NCBI GenBank assembly: GCA_003162415.1
Contig: PMOL01000011.1
Coordinates: 84,701-148,700 of the forward strand
Source: Candidatus Dormiibacterota bacterium
GTDB lineage: Bacteria > Chloroflexota > Dormibacteria > Aeolococcales > Aeolococcaceae
Length of the DNA stretch: 64,000 nt
Direction of reading: 5' to 3'
Each line of letters opens with the position of its first letter. Position 1 is the stretch's first letter. A program made the position numbers and the translations under genes. The notes below the pieces were generated by a model. That model saw nothing but the letters and a program-made list of their open reading frames with translations, was not told where the DNA came from and did not search any database. Below are positions 20,223 through 29,243 of this stretch, piece after piece.

Positions 20223-21011
20223 GTGCCCGACACCCGTACTATCGATCTCAACGCAGATCTCGGTGAGAGCTTTGGCGCATATACACTAGGGTCCGATCCT
20301 CTAGTCATCAAGCTCATCAGCTCGGCTAACGTTGCCTGCGCGGCGCACGCTGGTGATCCGCGCACCATGGACGACACAGTGCAGATGAGTCGGGAGTGTG
20401 GGGTCGCGGTCGGTGCGCATCCGGGCTTTCCAGATTTGGTTGGGTTCGGCCGACGCGCCCTCGACGTCACGCCACGCGAAGTTGAGACTGACGTCGTATT
20501 TCAAATCGGTGCCTTAGATGGCTTCTGCCGGCGACACGGCGTTACGCTGCAGCACGTCAAGGCGCACGGGGCTCTATATAACGTCTCTCTCGTGGATCCA
20601 GCTACAGCCCACGCGATAGCGTCGGCGGTAGCCAGCTACAACAAGACACTGATCTTCGTGGCTCCATTCGGTTCGTGCCTGGCTCAGGCCGGTACTGACG
20701 CAGGGCTCGAGGTGGCATTTGAAGGATTCGCTGACAGGGCATATGCGGCCAATGGCACCCTGGCGTCACGGCGCCTCCCCGGGGCGGTTATTCACGATCC
20801 CGCACTCGCAGCGGCACGCGCGCTCCAAATGATACGGGAGCACACCGTTGAGACGATTGAGGGCGAGACGATGCCCATCAAGGTGCACACGGTCTGTGTA
20901 CACGGCGACAACCCCCGAGCAGTGGACATCCTGACGGAGCTCCGATCTACATTGAGTAGGAACAACATTCAGGTCGCTCCAATGCGCGCGGTGCTCACCG
21001 CAGATCAGTGA
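20223..21011 (+). CDS. pxpA: 5-oxoprolinase subunit A (LamB/YcsF)
   Basis: IDLNADLGES, HAGDP, HVKAHGALYN, FADRAY and CVHGD; RBS AGGAGG before GTG 20223. Confidence 0.93.
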   Translation: MPDTRTIDLNADLGESFGAYTLGSDPLVIKLISSANVACAAHAGDPRTMDDTVQMSRECGVAVGAHPGFPDLVGFGRRALDVTPREVETDVVFQIGALDGFCRRHGVTLQHVKAHGALYNVSLVDPATAHAIASAVASYNKTLIFVAPFGSCLAQAGTDAGLEVAFEGFADRAYAANGTLASRRLPGAVIHDPALAAARALQMIREHTVETIEGETMPIKVHTVCVHGDNPRAVDILTELRSTLSRNNIQVAPMRAVLTADQ

Positions 21012-21727
21012 TACGCGAGATCGTCGCGGCGGGCGAATGCGGTGCATACATACGATTTGGCACCGTGATCGATCCCGACACGAGCGCACTGGTCCAGGCC
21101 TTCGCCGCCCTGCTGCGCGACCTTCGTCGCGCCGAGATCACTGATGTAGTTCCAGGGTATGTCTCGCTCTACGTTGAGTTCGATGTCCAACGAATGACTA
21201 TTGCCGACCTCCAGCGGATCGTAGAAGAGATCACACCGCCGAAAGTAGAGAGCGCCTACTCCGGAGATCTAATCGACATCCCTGTGTGTTACGGCGACTC
21301 CTGCGGTCCCGACCTCACGCAGGTAGCCGCAGAGTGTGCCATGTCTGAAGCCGATGTCATTGACATTCACTCCTCTCGCGAGTACCTAGTGTTCTTCTTG
21401 GGCTTCACACCCGGGTTCCCTTTCATGGGGACAGTCGACGAGCGAATCGCCGTTCCGCGACTGACGGCGCCGAGGACAAAGGTGCCAGCAGGATCAGTCG
21501 GCATTGCTGGTTATCAGACGGGCGTGTATCCAGTTGATAGCCCCGGTGGATGGCGACTCATCGGAAGAACTACGGAGCCCTTGGTGGATCTGTCCGGATC
21601 CGAGCCTCGGTTCCTCCTGAGCCCGCGGTGCCGAGTTCGCTTTCTTCCTACGAACCCGGGGCACTTGCAGCACGCCACGTCCAACATCTCTCGTGGGCTC
21701 GGTAGTCGTGCACACCGCACTCGGTGA
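21008..21727 (+). CDS. pxpB: 5-oxoprolinase subunit B
   Basis: IPVCYG, GFTPGF, PRTKVPAGSVGIAG and SPGGWRLIGRT motifs. Confidence 0.93.
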   Translation: MIREIVAAGECGAYIRFGTVIDPDTSALVQAFAALLRDLRRAEITDVVPGYVSLYVEFDVQRMTIADLQRIVEEITPPKVESAYSGDLIDIPVCYGDSCGPDLTQVAAECAMSEADVIDIHSSREYLVFFLGFTPGFPFMGTVDERIAVPRLTAPRTKVPAGSVGIAGYQTGVYPVDSPGGWRLIGRTTEPLVDLSGSEPRFLLSPRCRVRFLPTNPGHLQHATSNISRGLGSRAHRTR

Positions 21728-22667
21728 TGGCATTAGGGTCCTTCGGTCTGGCCCACGAACGACGGTTCAGGATTCTGGTCGGCACGGATACCAGCATCTG
21801 GGGTTCGGTGTATCGGGATCGATCGATGAGCGCTGTGCGATGCTCGCGAATCATCTGGTAGGGAATGACACGCGATCGGCAGTGTTGGAGGCAACACTGC
21901 AGGGTCCACGCCTCCAGTTCACAGCACCGGCACAGGTAAGCGTCGTGGGGTGTGGCCCTGAAGTCAGGTTGAATGGTGTCCAGGAGCGTCCGAACGAAAC
22001 CTTCAGTGTCAAGGCAGGAGACGTCGTCGACATAGGCCGGACCGGAGGTGCCCGTGCCTATATGGCGATAAGCGGCGGGATCAAGACTGCGCCGGTTCTG
22101 AATTCTCGGTCTACGGATCTTGTCGGCGGAGTCGGCGGTTACGCTGGACGATCCTTGAAGAAGGGCGATGAACTACGCGTCACCGTTCGCGACTCAGTGG
22201 CTCCACGTGGCATCCGCCCAGCATGGATGCCTGAGAGGTCCTCATCCGTCGAAGCGCGCTGCGTTCTTGGCCCAGAGGCCGGCATGTTTCCCGATTCCGC
22301 GATGCGCCTACTACTCAGCGCTTCTTTCGTCGTCAATCAAGCGTCAGACGGCATGGGCTTGCGACTTGATGGACCTTTGATTGCTTTTTCTCAGCAGATT
22401 CTTTCGGAGGGCCAGGCAGCTGGGTCAATTCAGGTTCCACCAGGTGGTCAACCCATCGTCTTGCTGGCTGGACGCCAAACAATGGGCGGGTACGCCAAGA
22501 TCGCTGTCGTCGGGCGCCCTGACCTCTCGAAGCTTGCTCAAGCCCTTCCTGGGGATGCGATCACATTCGGTCTCCTTTCGCTACAGGACTCGATACGCCT
22601 GACGCGGCAGTGGCTGGATGACCTAGCTGATCCAGCTTCTTCGACCATCGTCCTTGACCGTCGGTAA
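21693..22667 (+). CDS. pxpC: 5-oxoprolinase subunit C
   Basis: TTVQDSGR, GARAY, SDGMGLRL and GSIQVPPGGQPIVL...QTMGGY motifs. Confidence 0.9.
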   Translation: MGSVVVHTALGDGIRVLRSGPRTTVQDSGRHGYQHLGFGVSGSIDERCAMLANHLVGNDTRSAVLEATLQGPRLQFTAPAQVSVVGCGPEVRLNGVQERPNETFSVKAGDVVDIGRTGGARAYMAISGGIKTAPVLNSRSTDLVGGVGGYAGRSLKKGDELRVTVRDSVAPRGIRPAWMPERSSSVEARCVLGPEAGMFPDSAMRLLLSASFVVNQASDGMGLRLDGPLIAFSQQILSEGQAAGSIQVPPGGQPIVLLAGRQTMGGYAKIAVVGRPDLSKLAQALPGDAITFGLLSLQDSIRLTRQWLDDLADPASSTIVLDRR

Positions 22668-22857
22668 ACTTCTCACGTCGTCGGTTACACGGCTCTGACA
22701 TCCTGACCAATCACGTCAGCGTTCGGCGGTTCGAATCAACGAGTGTCTCGGCCAGCCCTGTTGGCCGTTGGCATCGGATGATGCCAAATTAGGCGACCTT
22801 GCGCCCTTAGGCCTCGATCTGGACGCATTGGCCGAATGCATCGGTCGGCCCCGACGC

Positions 22858-23610
22858 TCAGCGCCGGAAGATGCGCTGCAGCACGACGATCGACACTTCG
22901 TAGAGCAGCAGCAGCGGGATTGCGAGCAGCGTCGGTGTGAACGGATCAGCACCGGGCGTGATCACCAGGGACACGATGATGATCCCGACGTATGCGACCT
23001 TCCGCCAGCCCTTGAGCTTTTTCGAGGAGACAAACCCGAGCAGCCCGAGCAGCACGATCACGACGGGCATCTCGAACGTGGCTCCGAAGATGAACACGAT
23101 GATCAGGAAGAACCCGATATACGAGTTGATGTCGGGGAAATAGACGGCGTGCCCGTTGAGGAAGTTGGTCAGGAAGCTGAGCCCGATCGGCATCACGAAG
23201 TAGGCAAACGCGGCTCCAGCGGCGAAGAGCAGGAGTGCGCTGGCGATGAACGGCCCGACGAACTTCCGCTCTTTCGGACGCAATCCCGGCGACACGAAGT
23301 TCCAGACCTGCCAGAGCACCACGGGCAGGGCGATGATCAGCCCGACGACGGCCGCGACCTTCAAGGGGACCGTGAGGCCCTCGGTGGGGCTGGTATAGAT
23401 CGCCTCGTTGTTGGGAATGATGCTGTGCGAGTTCTTCAGGACGGTCGACAACGGGTGCAGAAGCACACCGATGAAGAACCCGTTGAAGACGAACGCGACG
23501 ACCGTTCCGACGATCCAGGCCCCCATCACCCAGATGAGGACGCGTCGCAATTCCTCCAGGTGCTGGACGATCGTCATCCGCCGTTCGTCGTCGCCAGGCA
23601 CTCCCTGCAC
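22858..23610 (-). CDS. tatC: Twin-arginine translocase subunit TatC
   Basis: HLEELRR, FVSPGL...E, FEMP, ITPGADP and LYE motifs. Confidence 0.95.
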   Translation of the reverse strand: MQGVPGDDERRMTIVQHLEELRRVLIWVMGAWIVGTVVAFVFNGFFIGVLLHPLSTVLKNSHSIIPNNEAIYTSPTEGLTVPLKVAAVVGLIIALPVVLWQVWNFVSPGLRPKERKFVGPFIASALLLFAAGAAFAYFVMPIGLSFLTNFLNGHAVYFPDINSYIGFFLIIVFIFGATFEMPVVIVLLGLLGFVSSKKLKGWRKVAYVGIIIVSLVITPGADPFTPTLLAIPLLLLYEVSIVVLQRIFRR

Positions 23611-23648
23611 CTTACGTGCCCCCGGTCAGCGCGCGCCTGAGCGGCGCG

Positions 23649-23945
23649 TCAGCCAGAAACTGGGGGCTGGTGGGTCGTCGCGTCGCCCGGGACGGTCACG
23701 GGCTCGGCGGGTTGTGCCAGCGCCGGTGCCGGAGCAGCGACGACCTGAACGACAGGAGCCGGCTGCGCCGGGGTCGTGGTGGTACCCATCACGGCGTCAT
23801 GAGTCTCGGACGAAGCCTTCCGAAACTCGCGAATTCCCTTGCCCATGGCCGCGCCTATGTCGGGCAGCTTTCCCGGCCCCCAAATGATCAGGATCACCAC
23901 CAGCACGATGATGAGTTCCGGCAAATGTCCGCCTATGAATCCCAT
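23649..23945 (-). CDS. tatA: Twin-arginine translocase subunit TatA
   Basis: PELIIVLVVILIIWGPGKLP...GKGIREFRKA. Confidence 0.95.
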   Translation of the reverse strand: MGFIGGHLPELIIVLVVILIIWGPGKLPDIGAAMGKGIREFRKASSETHDAVMGTTTTPAQPAPVVQVVAAPAPALAQPAEPVTVPGDATTHQPPVSG

Positions 23946-24385
23946 GTCAGCCTCCAGTCTAGCATCGTTTCGAACGATCCCCAGGCCAGAGTCGATGGGT
24001 AAAGAGCTGGTGCCGTCGCCGGAATAATGCCAGCAAGATTGCGCGCTCGAAGTGCGATTCGGCGTTTCGTGGGCGGTGTGACTTCGATATTGCGATCGCT
24101 CGGAGGGAAGGGGTCACCAGCGCCGCCTTGAACGTAATCCTCGCCCGGGGTCGTGGACTCCGCTTCCGGCGTCAAGGCCGCATGCGCCGAGCTGGCGGCC
24201 GCCAAAGCGGCGTCAGTCAACAAGCTCGGCTTGACCCCTGCCGCGTCCGAGGTGCGGTCAGCCGATCGAGTTCTAGGTGGGCCATCAGCGGGCCTTATAC
24301 ACCCTCCTCGACACGGTCAGGCCGCACGAGATGCACATTCCGCGTGCCTCGAGCCTGCCTGACGACCCCGATCGCGCCCGCCGCA

Positions 24386-24420
24386 TGATGTCCGATAACG
24401 GGAGGGTATCGGACGTCAGC
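24386..24420. repeat. lox/dif-like palindrome (candidate tyrosine-recombinase site 1)
   Basis: TGATGTCCGATA-N9-TATCGGACGTCA; right arm is 13/14 identical (inverted) to the arm at 50323-50336. Confidence 0.6.
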
Positions 24421-24484
24421 AGCCTGGTTCGCTTTCTCCGGCCGTCCTAACGGCAACGCCGACTATGCTTCGCACGCCCGCTCT

Positions 24485-25444
24485 ATGCTCACCTATCTAT
24501 CAGCCGCTGCCGTCCGAGATTGTCTACCCAGTGTCAGTACTCAGGTCGAGCTCGCGCAGACGGCACTTCGGGCTCTTGCGACGAACCAGGCGGAGATGCC
24601 ACCCAAGGTAGCTGTCCATCCCCGCGACAGCGCACTACTGGAGGCCATGCCGGCCTGGTGGCGCAACGGCGATGTCGCGGGGTTGAAGTGGATTTCAGCC
24701 TTCCCGAGTAATCGCATCCATCAGCAACCCCAGGTGATGGGGCTCATCGTCCTCAATGACGCGACCACCGGAGCGCCGGTCTGCATCCTCGATGCGGTGG
24801 AAATCACCCTCGCTCGTACCGCGGCCATCAGCGCGCTAGCCCTCCGCCTCTACCGAGACTCTCCCCACGCCGTGGCCATCCTCGGCGCCGGAGCCCAAGC
24901 TCGCGCGCACATTTCGATCGCCGTAGCACTTGGATTTGTGCACGACCTGCGCGTCTTCGACCGCCACAAGGAACGGGCGGACGAGCTCGTGAGTTGGTCG
25001 CAATCCCTCGCCCCATCCACGCTACCCGGCCGCGCGTGCGCCTCCGCTCAGGACGCGGTCGAGGGAGCGTCGGTCATCATCTCGTGCGCCTCACTCGGCA
25101 CCAAGCGACATCTCCTGCAATCAGAATGGGTCGACGCCGCTCGCCTCGTCCTCGCGATCGATGAGGATGTCTATGTCTCCGGCGATATCGTGCGTGCCAG
25201 CGACGCCTTCATCGTCGACGACATCAACCAGTTCCGCTCCGCACGCGACCAAGGCGATTTCGCTGGCTTCCCCGATCCAGATGGAATACTCGGCGGATAT
25301 CTGTCACCAGAGGTGTCGACAGTGGCTCCCGCCGGTCGCCTCGTCGTCATCACCCTTGGCGTCGGGATTGCGGACATCATCTTCGCCGCGGCCGTCTACC
25401 AAAGCGCGCGCGACGCCGGCATTGGCCTCCTCCTAGAACCCTGA
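24485..25444 (+). CDS. Ornithine cyclodeaminase / mu-crystallin family protein
   Basis: MPPK, GLKW, N, IT.ARTAA, LGAGAQA and G.GIAD motifs. Confidence 0.9.
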   Translation: MLTYLSAAAVRDCLPSVSTQVELAQTALRALATNQAEMPPKVAVHPRDSALLEAMPAWWRNGDVAGLKWISAFPSNRIHQQPQVMGLIVLNDATTGAPVCILDAVEITLARTAAISALALRLYRDSPHAVAILGAGAQARAHISIAVALGFVHDLRVFDRHKERADELVSWSQSLAPSTLPGRACASAQDAVEGASVIISCASLGTKRHLLQSEWVDAARLVLAIDEDVYVSGDIVRASDAFIVDDINQFRSARDQGDFAGFPDPDGILGGYLSPEVSTVAPAGRLVVITLGVGIADIIFAAAVYQSARDAGIGLLLEP

Positions 25445-25448
25445 GCGG

Positions 25449-26432
25449 CTAACGCACCGTCCACGCGAAATGACATGCGGCCGCATGGCCGTCGACGACT
25501 TCAAGTGCCGGGTCCTCTTCCATACACAACGGCTGTGCAATCGGACAACGGGATCGAAACCGGCACCCTGACGGAATCGCGAACGGACTGGGCGGATCCC
25601 CCGCCACGCCCACCTCAGACGATTGCTCGCCGTGCACCAGACTCGGAATGGAACGCAGCAGCCCTTGCGTATAGGGATGCCGCGGGTCGTCAAAGAGTGC
25701 TCCAACCTCGGCCACCTCCACCACCCGACCGAGATACATGACCGCGACCCTGCCACACAGGTGGTGCACCACCGACAGGTCATGAGCGATGAACACCAGC
25801 GTGAGTCCGAGTTGCTGGCGCAGATCCGCAAGCAGATTGAGGATCGACGCCTGGACCGAGACGTCGAGCGCCGACACCGGCTCATCGGCAATCAGCAGTT
25901 CCGGCTCCAACGCCAGTGCGCGCGCGATGCTAACCCGTTGACGCTGACCTCCGGACAGCTGCCGTGGGTATGCGGATGCGAGTTCGGGCCCCAGACGAAC
26001 CAGATCCATCAGTTCGCGAAAGCGTGCCTCCCGACGCTGACGGGGCACGACGTTGTGCACGCCGAGGATCTCCTTGACCGTCTGCTCGACCGTCATGCGC
26101 GGGTTGAGCGACGCATAGGGATCCTGGAACACGATTTGGATGCGCCGGCGCAAGCTCGCGGGACGCCTCCGCGGCAGTACCTTTCCTGCGTACACAAGCG
26201 TCCCAGCCGTCGGTTCGTAGAGCCCTGCTATGCAACGTGCCAGCGTCGACTTGCCCGACCCCGACTCCCCCACGATGCCGAGAGCCTCGCCGGCGAACAC
26301 ATCCAGGTCGACGCCGTCGATCGCAACCAACGTCTCGTTGCGCCGCCGCACCAGGCGAGACAGCAAGGAAGTTGACGAAACGAACTCCATCTGCAGCCCA
26401 CTGATCCGCAGAAGCGGAACGGCCTGGTTCAT
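25449..26432 (-). CDS. Dpp/Opp ABC ATPase (DppF-like)
   Basis: GESGSGKST, FQDPYASLNPR, LSGGQ and HPYT; start at ATG 26432. Confidence 0.93.
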   Translation of the reverse strand: MNQAVPLLRISGLQMEFVSSTSLLSRLVRRRNETLVAIDGVDLDVFAGEALGIVGESGSGKSTLARCIAGLYEPTAGTLVYAGKVLPRRRPASLRRRIQIVFQDPYASLNPRMTVEQTVKEILGVHNVVPRQRREARFRELMDLVRLGPELASAYPRQLSGGQRQRVSIARALALEPELLIADEPVSALDVSVQASILNLLADLRQQLGLTLVFIAHDLSVVHHLCGRVAVMYLGRVVEVAEVGALFDDPRHPYTQGLLRSIPSLVHGEQSSEVGVAGDPPSPFAIPSGCRFRSRCPIAQPLCMEEDPALEVVDGHAAACHFAWTVR

Positions 26433-27430
26433 AACCCCGTCGACAGAAGCGGTGTTGTAGCCATCCGCTCCGAGTGAATGCACGCGGTCGCTCGATCGTC
26501 CGCGGTCGAAAGCAGAGGGAAATCCCCGTCAAGACAGTCCACTTGTGCGAGTGGACAGCGAGGATGGAAGCGACAACCCGACGGTGGGGAGTGCAGGTCA
26601 GGGGGCGTGCCCTGGATGGGTTCGAGTGCGCTGCCGATCCGGTGTACATCCGGCACCGACGCCAGCAGGCCACGGGTATAGGGGTGGCGTGGGCGGCTGA
26701 AGACCTCCGCCACCGGACCACGTTCGACCACCTGCCCTGCATACATGACTGCGACCGTAGGGCACGTCTGGGCGATCACCGCAAGGTCGTGCGTCACATA
26801 CAGCATCCCCAGCCCACTCTCGGCAGAAAGCCGCTTCAACAAGCGGAGGATTTGATCCTGGATGGTCACGTCGAGCGCAGTGGTCGGCTCGTCGCACAAC
26901 AAGAGATGCGGCCTGCACGAAAGGGCGATCGCGATGTCGATGCGTTGGCGCATGCCTCCGGAGAGTTGATGTGCATACGCGCGATACCGCCGCGCCGGGT
27001 CAGGGATGCCGATCTCCGTCAATAGTTTCATCGCTGTCCTGCGGCTCTCATCGGCGCTCTGGCCGAGGCGGTACCGCGGTCCCTCACTCACCTGGTCACC
27101 AACCGGCATGACGGGATTCAAAGCGGTCATCGGATCCTGAAAGACCATGCCGATGCGCTTTCCTCGAACCTCTCGCGCCTGCTTGGCAGAAACCGCCAGG
27201 AGATCGACCCCCTCAAAGATAATCTCGCCGTGCACCACGTGAGCACTCCGCGGCAGCAAGCCGAGCACGGCCCGCAACAACGTGGTCTTGCCTGACCCGG
27301 ATTCGCCCGCGATCCCCAGCGCCTCCCCCTCCAAGAGCGTGAGGCTCACATCGTCCACGGCGTGGACGACGCCACGCCGCGATCGAATGTGCACGGAGAG
27401 ACTCCGAATCTCGAGCATCGGTGCGCTCAT
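26429..27430 (-). CDS. Dpp/Opp ABC ATPase (DppD-like)
   Basis: [24 protein letters not shown] and HPYT motifs. Confidence 0.93.
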   Translation of the reverse strand: MSAPMLEIRSLSVHIRSRRGVVHAVDDVSLTLLEGEALGIAGESGSGKTTLLRAVLGLLPRSAHVVHGEIIFEGVDLLAVSAKQAREVRGKRIGMVFQDPMTALNPVMPVGDQVSEGPRYRLGQSADESRRTAMKLLTEIGIPDPARRYRAYAHQLSGGMRQRIDIAIALSCRPHLLLCDEPTTALDVTIQDQILRLLKRLSAESGLGMLYVTHDLAVIAQTCPTVAVMYAGQVVERGPVAEVFSRPRHPYTRGLLASVPDVHRIGSALEPIQGTPPDLHSPPSGCRFHPRCPLAQVDCLDGDFPLLSTADDRATACIHSERMATTPLLSTGL

Positions 27431-28284
27431 TCGGGTCTCGCTGCGTCGGCTAGTCCATCACCAACCAGCGATAGACCCAAGCCCGTGATCACGACCGCAA
27501 TCCCCGGGATCGTGGGAAGCAGCCAGTTGGTTGTGATGAAAGTCTGTCCGTCGAAGATCATCGATCCCCAATCCGGAGTCGGCGGTGGAACCCCGAGCCC
27601 AAGGTATCCCAAGGTGACTACCCCGACGATGACCACGACGATATCCGACATCGCAAAGATGATCGCCTGTGTGATGACGTTCGGTAGGAGGTGGCGGAAC
27701 ATGATTCGCGCACTCGAGAACCCGGCGGCTCGAGCCGCCAGGATGTACTCCTCCCGCTTGGCGACGAGTACCCCGCCGCGAATAATGCGTGCATACGACA
27801 CCCATCCGACCGCGGCCACGGCCAGGAACACCCCCTGGATACCCGCACCGAGCACGAACACGAGCGCGATCACCAGGACGTAAAACGGGAACGCCTGGAC
27901 GATGTCGATGATGCCGTTAACAATCACATCGAGCGCTTTCCCGTAGTAACCCGCGACCAGCCCCACGGCGGTGCCAAAGATAAACGGTGTCACCACCGCG
28001 AGCACGCCGACAGCCAAATCAACCCGGCCGGCATAGAGCAGCCGGGTCCAGACGTCGCGGCCGTACTCGTCGGTACCGAGAAGATGCGCGGTCGATGGCC
28101 CCTGCAGGACCGCTGTGAGTTGCTGAGCGGTAGGATCATACGGGCTGATCAGCGGTGCCGCGATCGCCAGGAAGGCGATCACGAACAGGATCGAGCATCC
28201 AATCGTCAACGTGGGGCGCCGGTACCACGGACGCGAACGCCCGCGGCTCACTTCGCGCTCGACCGGAACGATTGCGACCGCCAT
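27427..28284 (-). CDS. Dpp/Opp ABC permease (DppC-like)
   Basis: HLLGTDEYGRD, RHLLPN and PPTPDWG motifs. Confidence 0.93.
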   Translation of the reverse strand: MAVAIVPVEREVSRGRSRPWYRRPTLTIGCSILFVIAFLAIAAPLISPYDPTAQQLTAVLQGPSTAHLLGTDEYGRDVWTRLLYAGRVDLAVGVLAVVTPFIFGTAVGLVAGYYGKALDVIVNGIIDIVQAFPFYVLVIALVFVLGAGIQGVFLAVAAVGWVSYARIIRGGVLVAKREEYILAARAAGFSSARIMFRHLLPNVITQAIIFAMSDIVVVIVGVVTLGYLGLGVPPPTPDWGSMIFDGQTFITTNWLLPTIPGIAVVITGLGLSLVGDGLADAARPE

Positions 28285-29225
28285 CAGCCGAGCTTGACTC
28301 GCGGGTCGACCAGCGACCGCAAGATGTCAGTGGATGTGCTCACCACCACGACCAGGACTGCGAACACCAGTGCGATCGCCTGCACAACGGGAAAGTCACT
28401 GCTCAGGATTGAGTCGAGCATCAGTGCACCGATGCCGGGCAGTGCGAAGACCTTCTCGACCACCAGCGTGTTGCCGACCAGCCAGCCGATGTTCAGACCG
28501 AACACGGTGATCGCCGGAATGATCGCGTTCCGCAAGACGTGAGCCAGGATCACGCGCCGCTCCGCCAGACCCTTGGCCCGGGCGGTGGTGACGAAGTCAG
28601 CCTGGAGCACCTCCAGCATCGCCGCGCGAAGGCTGCGGACCGTGATCGGCGCGATCCCCAAAGCCACCGTCAGCGCCGGCAACACGATGGCGTGCAAGTG
28701 ACTCAAGAAGTCGGTCCCAAACCCTCCGACCGGGAACCATCCAGTGGACTCGGCGAGCACCAGCAGCAGGATGATTCCCACCCAGAACGCGGGCATCCCA
28801 AGCCCAACTAAGGGGATCAGACGGATCGCATGATCGATCCACGAGTTGGGCCGCATCGCGGCGGCCACCGCCAGCGGGAGGGTAATGACCACGGTAAGGA
28901 TCGAGGCACTGATCAGCAGCCAGAGTGTCGCGGCCAAGCGTGATGCCATCAGCGTGACGGCTGGTTCCTGATAGGTGAGCGAAGTCCCCAGATTACCGTG
29001 CAGCAGCCCGCCGAGAAAATTCACGAACTGCACCGGCAGCGGTAGATCCAGACCCCACGCCTTGTCCTGCGCGGCGACCACCTTCGCAGGTGCATGTGGA
29101 CCCAACAGCACGCGCGCCGGGTCACCCGGTATCAGGTGAATGAGCAGGAAGACAAGGATTGAGATCCCGAGCAAAATCGGAATCAGATGGAGCAGCCGCT
29201 TGCCAACGTACGAAAGGCGGTCCAT
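28284..29225 (-). CDS. Dpp/Opp ABC permease (DppB-like)
   Basis: PGDPA, TARAKGL, HVLRNA and DPRVK motifs. Confidence 0.93.
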   Translation of the reverse strand: MDRLSYVGKRLLHLIPILLGISILVFLLIHLIPGDPARVLLGPHAPAKVVAAQDKAWGLDLPLPVQFVNFLGGLLHGNLGTSLTYQEPAVTLMASRLAATLWLLISASILTVVITLPLAVAAAMRPNSWIDHAIRLIPLVGLGMPAFWVGIILLLVLAESTGWFPVGGFGTDFLSHLHAIVLPALTVALGIAPITVRSLRAAMLEVLQADFVTTARAKGLAERRVILAHVLRNAIIPAITVFGLNIGWLVGNTLVVEKVFALPGIGALMLDSILSSDFPVVQAIALVFAVLVVVVSTSTDILRSLVDPRVKLG

Positions 29226-29243
29226 CGCCGCGGGCAGTATGCG

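Noticed and set aside
22728..22787. GGTTCGAATC and the palindrome TTGGCATC-ggat-GATGCCAA as the far att end of the tRNA-Ser element
   Set aside because: The T-loop match is only 10 bp and in the wrong orientation. The palindrome shares the arm 8-mer but lies between convergent genes, where a terminator-like hairpin explains it. Not fully excluded.
22768..23640. 290-aa plus-strand ORF, and similar long ORFs at 25623, 30054, 55102 and 62491
   Set aside because: These are antisense shadows of well-supported genes, as expected in high-GC DNA.
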